Of a stretch of 24,000 bases of DNA, positions 15,185-21,383 are shown one piece after another. Source of the DNA: Desulfobacteraceae bacterium (GTDB lineage Bacteria; Desulfobacterota; Desulfobacteria; Desulfobacterales; JAUWMJ01); contig JAUWOH010000005.1 in the NCBI GenBank assembly GCA_030612225.1, forward strand, positions 1 through 24,000, given 5' to 3'. The first letter of the stretch is position 1. Each line of letters starts with the position of its first letter. The position numbers and the translations under genes are program-made. The notes under the pieces are model-generated. The model made no database searches. It was not told the origin of the DNA and saw nothing but the letters and a program-made list of their open reading frames with translations.

Positions 15185-15271
15185 TGCGTCTTGTCGCGGC
15201 GTAGCTTGGAAGCGAAGTCTGAAGCCGCAGGCGAATAATATACTGAATCCACGCACAATGTGGTTTTAAAA
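15185..15271 (+). repeat. Modules M1 (15185-15235) and M3 (15249-15271)
   Basis: This M1 copy is 45/51 identical to the reverse complement of 21044-21096. Confidence 0.8.
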
Positions 15272-15307
15272 TTGATGAACTCCTAAAAAAGTATCCCAGA
15301 TGGCTAA

Positions 15308-15452
15308 GTAGAAAGTTTCATATACGCCCCGCAGGAAGTGCCCTTGGGGTGCAAGGCGCAACGGTTTTTCAGGAAGGAGGCAATACATGTAGTATGCCGA
15401 GTTTCTGAAAAACCGCTGCAACGCAGTAGATGGGACTTTCTACGACGCCATC
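15308..15452. repeat. Palindromic element with M4-type ends, module M2 and an inner hairpin
   Basis: The ends are GTAGAAAGT (15308-15316) and ACTTTCTAC (15435-15443), continuing as ACTTTCTACGACGCCATC. Compare 6056-6073 ACTTTTTACGAAACCATC. M2 lies at 15326-15353. The inner 11-bp hairpin is 15362-15372 / 15405-15415. Confidence 0.8.
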
Positions 15453-15487
15453 AAAATTGAATATATTATAGATGAAGGAGAAATGAA

Positions 15488-16042
15488 ATGGAGAAAATAA
15501 AACTTGGACCACAGACACTGCTTTTTCCAATGCCCGCTGTTCTGGTAGGCTCAAAAGTAAATGGAATTGCTAATTTTATGACAGCTGCCTGGTGTTGTAT
15601 CGCTTCGCACAAACCACCTGCCCTTTCTGTTGCGATTCGTGAGAGCCGGTTTACAATGAAAGGCATAGAAGAAAACGGAAGCTTTTCCATTAATGTTCCT
15701 TCTGCCAGTCTTGTAAAAAAAGTAGACTTTTGTGGCATCTATTCAGGAAAAAAGAAAGACAAATCTAAAATATTTCAGGTTGATTATGGAGTTCTTAAGA
15801 CTGCCCCACTTATTCAGGAATGCCCGGTAAATCTTGAATGCAAAGTGATTCATTCAATTAAGCTTGGGAGCCATACACTGATTGTTGGTGAAATAATTGA
15901 AACCTATATAAACGACAATTGCCTGACTGATGGAAATGCAGATGCCGAAAAAATAGATCCCCTTGTCTATTCACCCGGTACTATACAATACCAGCGACTG
16001 GGAGAGGTTATTGGCAGGGCATTTCACATTGGAAAGGAATAG
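15488..16042 (+). CDS. Flavin reductase-like FMN-binding protein (flavoredoxin type)
   Basis: 184-aa ORF. The N-terminal pattern LGPQTLLFPMPAVLVGSKVNG.ANFMTAAWCCIASHKPPALSVAIR resembles Desulfovibrio flavoredoxin and the split-barrel flavin reductase domain. SD GAAGGAG lies at 15474-15480. Confidence 0.75.
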   Translation: MEKIKLGPQTLLFPMPAVLVGSKVNGIANFMTAAWCCIASHKPPALSVAIRESRFTMKGIEENGSFSINVPSASLVKKVDFCGIYSGKKKDKSKIFQVDYGVLKTAPLIQECPVNLECKVIHSIKLGSHTLIVGEIIETYINDNCLTDGNADAEKIDPLVYSPGTIQYQRLGEVIGRAFHIGKE

Positions 16043-16044
16043 AC

Positions 16045-16515
16045 ATGATAAAAATTGAAATTCCGGGTTTCAAGACTTTGCAGCTTAAACACCTTGTACT
16101 TGACCATAACGGTACCCTTGCCTGTGATGGGATACTGATTAAAGGCGTCAAGGAATGCCTGGAAAAGCTGGCGGTTGATTTACAGATCCATGTCCTTACT
16201 GCTGATACGTTCGGCAAGGCCGCTTCACAGCTTGAAGGGGTTCCTTGCGGTTTGTCAATCCTTCCGACAGATAATCAGGACGTGGGCAAACTGAATTATG
16301 TAAAAGACCTTGGATGCGAAAACACGGTTTGCATCGGAAACGGCCGTAACGACAGGTTGATGCTGAAAGAAACAATCCTTGGCATTGCTGTTGTTCTAGA
16401 AGAAGGTGTTGCCCTGACAACCCTGGTTTCAGCAGATGTGGTTTGCACAAGTATTGTTTCAGCACTGGAGCTTTTGATACACCCACTGAGGCTGACTGCT
16501 ACATTGCGGTCTTAA
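16045..16515 (+). CDS. HAD-superfamily protein resembling an isolated P-type ATPase phosphorylation/hinge domain (soluble P-type ATPase-like, COG4087-like)
   Basis: 156-aa ORF. LVLDHNGTLA resembles the DKTGT phosphorylation motif, and IGNGRNDRLML resembles the GDGxND hinge motif. The start lies 2 nt after the flavoredoxin stop. Confidence 0.6.
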   Translation: MIKIEIPGFKTLQLKHLVLDHNGTLACDGILIKGVKECLEKLAVDLQIHVLTADTFGKAASQLEGVPCGLSILPTDNQDVGKLNYVKDLGCENTVCIGNGRNDRLMLKETILGIAVVLEEGVALTTLVSADVVCTSIVSALELLIHPLRLTATLRS

Positions 16516-16592
16516 GATGGAAATTGCTCCCATAAAAAATTGATGCTAAGTACATTTATTCTTAAATGCGGTTACGTATAATGTTTTATTTT

Positions 16593-16619
16593 CACCGCAA
16601 AGCCGCAAAGCACGCAAAG
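16593..16619 (+). repeat. Short tandem tract CACCGCAAAG-CCGCAAAG-CACGCAAAG
   Basis: Three units with an 8-10-nt period. I saw no complementary partner arm. Confidence 0.7.
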
Positions 16620-16629
16620 AATTATTTTT

Positions 16630-16756
16630 TTATTGCTTTCCGCTGAGAGGGCGGAAAGCAATAAGGAATTCACCCCTTTGATATAAAAACATATAGTTAT
16701 AACAATCTAAACGCTGACTGATTTTCCTTTGCCGTCCTCTCAACGGCAAAGGAAAA
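16630..16756. repeat. Two mirrored 14-bp hairpins with reverse-complementary 7-nt loops
   Basis: Hairpin 1 is 16630-16643 / 16651-16664 with loop TGAGAGG. Hairpin 2 is 16722-16735 / 16743-16756 with loop CCTCTCA. Both stems are perfect but differ in sequence. Confidence 0.9.
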
Positions 16757-16881
16757 AGCTTTTCACCCTGCGCCTCAGCGTCTTGAGCAAAGCCCCGCTT
16801 AGCGGGACAAGCCGGGCGGTAAAAGAAATCTATATAAAATTCGTCATCGAATTAACGAATTAGAGCACTAAGGCTTATGAC

Positions 16882-17355
16882 ATGAAAAAACCGAATCCGG
16901 AACATATAAAATCAATTTGTGACCTCGTAAATATATCTCCGTACCCTTCGCTGCTTTCTATGAAGCTTGTAAATATAGGCATTGGATCTGCGGTAATCGA
17001 AATTTATATTAAAAAAAAGCATATGCAGCTTTTGGGAGCTGTCCATGGAGGCGTTTTAGCATCGCTAATTGATACGGTTGCTTTTTGGGCAGTCTATTAT
17101 GGGATAGAAAATCATGACGCCTGGCTGACATCCGTTGATCTGAAACTCAATTATCTTGCGCCTGCTACTTCTGGAAAGCTAATTGCCAGAGGGCGACAGA
17201 TTAAGGTTGGAGGAAAGCTGTGCTATGCAGAGGCTCAGGTTAATACCGAAGATAACAGGATAATAGCCCATGGAACTGCAACTCTTATGATCATGCCTGA
17301 GTTGAAGATGCCGGCAGGGTTTATTTTTCCCCCAAAATTTATCGAGAAAAAGTAA
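16882..17355 (+). CDS. PaaI-family hotdog-fold thioesterase
   Basis: 157-aa ORF with the characteristic GAVHGGVLASLIDTVAFWAV segment and a size typical of PaaI/YigI-type thioesterases. Confidence 0.8.
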   Translation: MKKPNPEHIKSICDLVNISPYPSLLSMKLVNIGIGSAVIEIYIKKKHMQLLGAVHGGVLASLIDTVAFWAVYYGIENHDAWLTSVDLKLNYLAPATSGKLIARGRQIKVGGKLCYAEAQVNTEDNRIIAHGTATLMIMPELKMPAGFIFPPKFIEKK

Positions 17356-17525
17356 AAAATCCTTGTCCGGAGGGCCAAGTTTTCTAAGGAAAACTAAGGT
17401 ACTGAAAAAAATTGCTTTATTTAAAAAAAAGTGTTGCTTTGTTGTTTTCAGGGTGCTAAGTGCTGCAATTATTAGCTATCTCGAACCTCAATTGCTTTTT
17501 TCCAGTGATTCCGGTTAACATACTA

Positions 17526-17597
17526 GCCTGGGCCGTATACTATTGTTTTGTGTGAGTAAATGTAGCCTCCCACTGATACGGTCCAGGCCTTTTTTTT
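17526..17597 (+). terminator. Intrinsic-terminator-like hairpin followed by T8
   Basis: GCCTGGGCCGTAT (17526-17538) pairs with ATACGGTCCAGGC (17576-17588): 12 Watson-Crick pairs plus one G-U. It is followed by CTTTTTTTT (T-run 17590-17597). The 37-nt loop is unusually large. The hairpin lies between the convergent thioesterase and moaA genes. Confidence 0.45.
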
Positions 17598-17601
17598 GGT
17601 T

Positions 17602-18594
17602 TTAGCCTCCAATTGAAGACATCTGACTTAAAACCTCTGTTGGATTGCTGATTGAAAGGTTGTGGTCGGAAGGCTTGTGGCGTACAGCAGTTAGGAAAAT
17701 ATCAGCCAGCTCTTCATCGGAACATCCTTTTCTTAAAAGGCTCTTTAAATCTTCGTGATGGTCTGATAAAAGGCAGGGTCTTAGTTGTCCGCTTGCAGTT
17801 AATCTTAGTCTGTTGCACCTGTTGCAGAAGTGATGGCTCAAGGCACCTATAAATCCTATTTCTCCCTTTGCCCCTTCAAATTTGTAACGTTCAGCAGGTC
17901 CGTCATTTATACTGTTTTTAACAGGAATAAGTTTTCCGATTGTACTTATGCGTCTTTTTATTTCGGGTACAAGTAACAGTGGACCGTATTTCATGCGAGA
18001 TTTTCCTATGGGCATATACTCGATAAATCTGATATGAAAGGGATATGAAAATGACAGCCTTGCAAAATCTGCAAGTTCATCATCATTAACCCCGCTAAGA
18101 GCAACCATGTTCAGCTTAATCGGATCAAAGCCTTTTTTATGGGCAAGCTCTATCCCTTCCCAGACTTGCTCGAACTTGTCGTGCCCGGTTATTTCCTTAT
18201 ATTTATTTCTGCTCAATGTATCGAGACTTATATTTATCCGTTTTATACCTGCTGCTTTGATTTTCTCAATATTATCTTTGAGGGAAACACCGTTGGTTGT
18301 CAACGCGATATCGCTAAGTCCATCCATATCGGCCAGTCGTTTAAGAAAGTCATAAACGCCTTTTCTGACAAGAGGTTCGCCTCCTGTTATTCTGACTTTG
18401 GAAATTCCGAGGCTAATTCCTACCTTAATAATTCTTATAATTTCTTCATAGCGTAATATTTCGTTGTGGTGAAGTCTTGGAATAAAACCAGGAGGCATAC
18501 AATACATGCATTGCAAATTACAGCGGTCTGTAATTGATATGCGAAGATAGTTAAGGTGTCGGTTATATTTATCGATTAATTTTTGTTTTAGCAA
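17602..18594 (-). CDS. moaA: GTP 3',8-cyclase (molybdenum cofactor biosynthesis protein A)
   Basis: 330-aa ORF. It has YLRISITDRCNLQCMYCMP (radical SAM cluster), a second cluster CNRCNRLRLTASGQLRPCL and the C-terminal GG. The only possible start in the right place is TTG at 18594-18592, 6 nt after the gpgS stop. Confidence 0.9.
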   Translation of the reverse strand: MLKQKLIDKYNRHLNYLRISITDRCNLQCMYCMPPGFIPRLHHNEILRYEEIIRIIKVGISLGISKVRITGGEPLVRKGVYDFLKRLADMDGLSDIALTTNGVSLKDNIEKIKAAGIKRINISLDTLSRNKYKEITGHDKFEQVWEGIELAHKKGFDPIKLNMVALSGVNDDELADFARLSFSYPFHIRFIEYMPIGKSRMKYGPLLLVPEIKRRISTIGKLIPVKNSINDGPAERYKFEGAKGEIGFIGALSHHFCNRCNRLRLTASGQLRPCLLSDHHEDLKSLLRKGCSDEELADIFLTAVRHKPSDHNLSISNPTEVLSQMSSIGG

Positions 18595-18600
18595 TTTATT

Positions 18601-19575
18601 TTAGCCTATATTGAATTTTTCACGATATTCAGGGATGGTTTCTATTGGAGGTCTTTCAAAACATTCTATTTCCAGTTTGTCGGGTTTAATTCTGTCTTTA
18701 ACAAGATTGTATTGAATCATTTCGGAAAAAATGTCTTTTTTCAAATCGATTAGTTCAAGTTTTTCTATGCGGTTAAAAAATGTTTTAAGAATAACAAACG
18801 CCATTTTCCCCAAAGCTTTCGTGTCCTGGTTTCTGTGGATCCGTCTTTCCAGATCCACCTGTGCCATAACATCAAGCCCCCATTTTTCACAAATATCAAG
18901 AATCATGCTCGTTTCAACACCGTATCCGATGGGAAAAGGTATTTTTTCAAATATTTCCCTGAAACCGGCATACTCCCCTGACAGGGGCTGCAATATCTGG
19001 GTTAATTCAGGGAAAAAAAGTGAAAACAAGGGTCTGATAACGAGCTCCGTAACTCTGCCTCCACCGGTGGGCCTGATCTTACTTTTTCCAATGGCGATGG
19101 GCCTGTCGTAAAAGGCCTTGGTATATTTTATATTATCAAAAAGAAGAAGGGGAGCTATGAGTCCATAAACAAACCTGTGGTGAATGTTTTTAATATCCGC
19201 ATCAATATAAACAATAATATCGCCTTTGGTGACGTAAAGCGCTTTCCAGAGGTTTTCGCCTTTTCCTTTAAATTGTTCAAGGTTTGGTAAAATACTGCTC
19301 GCTTCATATACATCTGCGCCAAAAGATTTCGCAATTTCCAGTGTATTATCCTTTGAACCGGAATCTATAACAACGATTTCATCTAGAAGCGGATGACGAG
19401 TCATGAGTTCCGACTTCATAATTACTATTTCTTTGGCAATGGTTTTTTCTTCATTAAGGGTGGGCAGGCACAGAGATATCAAAATATTTTTTTTCTTTTT
19501 TTCTTCAACAAGACGGCTTATATCCGTAAATTCAGAATAATGAAAAGTGTTTTTTTTTAGCCAGCTATCATTCAT
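18601..19575 (-). CDS. gpgS: Glucosyl-3-phosphoglycerate synthase (GT81 retaining glycosyltransferase)
   Basis: There is strong block similarity to mycobacterial GpgS as I recall it. Shared blocks are LPTLNEE.TI, IVVIDSGSKDNT, KGKGENLWKAL..TKGDIIVYIDADI, PTGGGRVTELVIRPL, LQPLSGEYAGFRE, PIGYGVE and RIHRNQ. I prefer ATG 19575 (MNDSW..), which overlaps the upstream stop as ATGAATGA. The track ORF starts at 19593. Confidence 0.75.
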   Translation of the reverse strand: MNDSWLKKNTFHYSEFTDISRLVEEKKKKNILISLCLPTLNEEKTIAKEIVIMKSELMTRHPLLDEIVVIDSGSKDNTLEIAKSFGADVYEASSILPNLEQFKGKGENLWKALYVTKGDIIVYIDADIKNIHHRFVYGLIAPLLLFDNIKYTKAFYDRPIAIGKSKIRPTGGGRVTELVIRPLFSLFFPELTQILQPLSGEYAGFREIFEKIPFPIGYGVETSMILDICEKWGLDVMAQVDLERRIHRNQDTKALGKMAFVILKTFFNRIEKLELIDLKKDIFSEMIQYNLVKDRIKPDKLEIECFERPPIETIPEYREKFNIG

Positions 19576-20731
19576 CACACACTCCGCTGTCAATAGCCAT
19601 AATTACGCCAATGATCTGTGCAATCCCTTTAAACATAGGATCAATTTTTACCTGCGCATTTTTCTGATGATGATTTTCGCCGTTGGTAATTCCCAATGTA
19701 ATTGCAGGTATTTTCCGAGAGAGAAAAATTGAAAGCTCGGATTCACATGGACCTCCTGCCGGGTTAATTTCCAGCTCTTTCATAACTTTTCTTGTGCTTT
19801 TTACAAGAGGATGGTTATATGTTAATGTTGACGCTTTGAGATTGCTTATGGTTTTGAAAGTCAGTTCAACTTCATATTCATGGCTGATGGCTTCGATTAT
19901 ATCTTTTATATCATTGAAAATCAATTTTACCATTTTGTCGGAATCACTTTGTATTTCAAATCCCAATGTTGATTCAAGGGCAATATCTCCATGCTTGAAC
20001 CCGCCGGCAACTTTTCCAATTATCACCCTTGCCCGCGGTCTCTGGGGCAGGCGTAATTTTAATATCTGGTTAATCACTTCGTTTAGTACCAGTATTGCAT
20101 TTGGTTTAAATTTGTGTTTAACGCCATTTAAAGCAGAGATGTTGCATTCGACTTCACATCTCACCATTCCGTCGGAGTAATAGTTGAGCCTGCCAAGCTC
20201 AATCCCCTCAATACAGACCGCTCCTCTTATAGGAGTAGGCCATGTCTTAACAAGGTGACGAACACCTCGCAGATTGCCTTTTCCTATTGATTGAATTACT
20301 CCGGCCAGAACTAAATCCGATTGAAACCGTACTTTGAGTTTACGAAGAATTTCAGGCAGGGAAAGAAGGACGCCAACGCCGACTGAGTTGTCTGTAACTC
20401 CTGGTCCTGTAATCGAATTTTCCTCTACGATAAAATTATGATCAACATCCCTGGCAAAAATTGTATCAATGTGTGCAATGAGAAAAATCGGTGGTTTGGA
20501 GCTTGAAGTTCCCCTGACGATTCCGATTGGATTTCTATAGCCGTCGGTAGTGCATTCATCAACCCGACATTCGGCAAGCCTGTCCATAAAAATTCCTGCG
20601 CGCCTTTTTTCTTTAAACGTAGGAGCGGGAATCTGGCCGATTAATACTATATTTGCGATAATCGTCTCTTTTATGGATTCGATTGTATCGACAAATGACG
20701 GCAGTTTTTCAAGATAATTGTTCATAAACAT
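19568..20731 (-). CDS. M20-family metallopeptidase/deacylase homologue (ArgE/DapE/PepT-like)
   Basis: 387-aa ORF. Motifs present: IFLIAHIDTIF (the HxD metal site), GPGVTDNSVGVG (bridging Asp) and a late NGENHH. The usual catalytic EE dyad seems to be replaced (..LAGVIQSIGKG..), so catalytic competence is uncertain. Confidence 0.6.
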   Translation of the reverse strand: MFMNNYLEKLPSFVDTIESIKETIIANIVLIGQIPAPTFKEKRRAGIFMDRLAECRVDECTTDGYRNPIGIVRGTSSSKPPIFLIAHIDTIFARDVDHNFIVEENSITGPGVTDNSVGVGVLLSLPEILRKLKVRFQSDLVLAGVIQSIGKGNLRGVRHLVKTWPTPIRGAVCIEGIELGRLNYYSDGMVRCEVECNISALNGVKHKFKPNAILVLNEVINQILKLRLPQRPRARVIIGKVAGGFKHGDIALESTLGFEIQSDSDKMVKLIFNDIKDIIEAISHEYEVELTFKTISNLKASTLTYNHPLVKSTRKVMKELEINPAGGPCESELSIFLSRKIPAITLGITNGENHHQKNAQVKIDPMFKGIAQIIGVIMAIDSGVCDE

Positions 20732-20750
20732 TTACTTTTCAATCATATTA

Positions 20751-20849
20751 GACGGTTTCGTAAAAAGTTCAAATTCCCCGCTAAAAAACAGCGGGATAAA
20801 AAGGTCGTGTCCCGCTGAACTTAAGCGGAAGACTTTTTACGAGACTGTC
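20751..20849. repeat. Element with M4 ends enclosing two M6 hairpins
   Basis: The ends are GACGGTTTCGTAAAAAGT (20751-20768) and ACTTTTTACGAGACTGTC (20832-20849), 16/18 complementary. The inner CCCGCT..AGCGG(G) hairpins lie at 20777-20795 and 20811-20828. Confidence 0.85.
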
Positions 20850-20944
20850 ATATTTAATACACTAAAAGACAGCAAAAGGTCAACATATCATTATTTTCAA
20901 ACTTTTCCTTTGAATTCTCTATGACTTTATGGTTGAAATAGACT

Positions 20945-21019
20945 GTGCTCGTTGCTCGTTGCTGGTTGCTCGTTGCTGGATACTCGATGCTCGATAAAAA
21001 ACGAGCAACCAGCAACCAC
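20945..21019. repeat. Heptamer-unit palindrome (GCTCGTT/GCTGGTT units)
   Basis: The left tract, 20945-20979, has five 7-nt units. It forms a 17-bp perfect stem, 20958-20974 / 21000-21016. Confidence 0.85.
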
Positions 21020-21043
21020 TTATACTCAGGGAAAGGCACCCAT

Positions 21044-21215
21044 GCTTCGCCTCCGGCTTCAGTCTACGCTTTTAAGCTACGCCTCGACAAGACGCAGGGC
21101 AAGGAAAGGCACAGAGGCACAAAGGGAATGAACATCGCCTGCCTGTGCGTCGCACACAGACAGGAACATCGAACGTCCAACACGTGTCTTGTCGTAGCAT
21201 TTGCGAAGCCAGATC
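21044..21215. repeat. Module M1 (inverted, 21044-21096), module M5 (21137-21164) and a degenerate direct M1-like copy (21181-21215)
   Basis: The reverse complement of 21044-21096 is 49/53 identical to 7962-8014. M5 matches the reverse complement of 2466-2497, apart from a 3-nt indel and one substitution. Confidence 0.85.
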
Positions 21216-21245
21216 GAATGTTGAATGGAAAAGGGTTCGGTGGTT

Positions 21246-21373
21246 ATTAACCGTGAACCTTGAACCCATGAACCTAGAGCGAAGCGACGGCAGAAGGAAA
21301 AAGTTCACGGTTAATCCCGCTTTCAGCGGGAAACCCTTGAACCCTTGAACGTTGAACCCTGAACCTTGAACCT
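21246..21373. repeat. 12-bp palindrome flanked by direct NTGAAC tandem units running into the SD of the NifX-like gene
   Basis: The palindrome is TTAACCGTGAAC (21246-21257) / GTTCACGGTTAA (21303-21314). The M6 hairpin lies at 21316-21330. Three NTGAAC units lie at 21253-21273 and five at 21337-21371, with a 7-8-nt period. Confidence 0.85.
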
Positions 21374-21383
21374 GGAGGTATTC

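Noticed and set aside
15376-15392. Perfect SD (GGAGG), a 6-nt spacer, ATG then TAG: a start-stop mini-ORF in the loop of the 15362-15415 hairpin
   Set aside because: It is intriguing, but a single occurrence inside a repeat element is most economically a coincidence. It would need ribosome profiling to take seriously.
15369-15738. Minus-strand ORFs 15369..15554 and 15466..15738
   Set aside because: They span the repeat element and the antisense of the flavoredoxin N-terminus. They have no SD and no family resemblance.
16008-16486. Minus-strand ORFs 16008..16217 and 16196..16486
   Set aside because: They are antisense to the HAD-like gene, and their composition is not convincing.
18595-18600. 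Looked for a Moco riboswitch upstream of moaA
   Set aside because: Only 6 nt separate moaA from gpgS, so there is no room. No Moco-like motif is seen upstream of the operon at 20732-20760 either.
18107-20180. Plus-strand ORFs over moaA, gpgS and the M20 gene (for example 18139..18456, 18731..19111, 19683..20180)
   Set aside because: They are antisense to three confident CDSs.
20718-21348. ORFs 20718..20924, 20854..21039, 20945..21250, 21072..21308 and 21145..21348
   Set aside because: All are read through the repeat modules (for example LVARCWLLVAG from the heptamer tract, ASPPASVYAFKLRLDKTQG from M1). They overlap each other on both strands and have no SD, so they are repeat-derived artefacts.
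21366-21383. TTG start at 21366 given by the ORF track for the NifX-like gene
   Set aside because: This start lies inside the TTGAAC repeat tract and upstream of the SD. TTG at 21384 follows GGAGG by 5 nt and gives the family-typical MKIAVS N-terminus.
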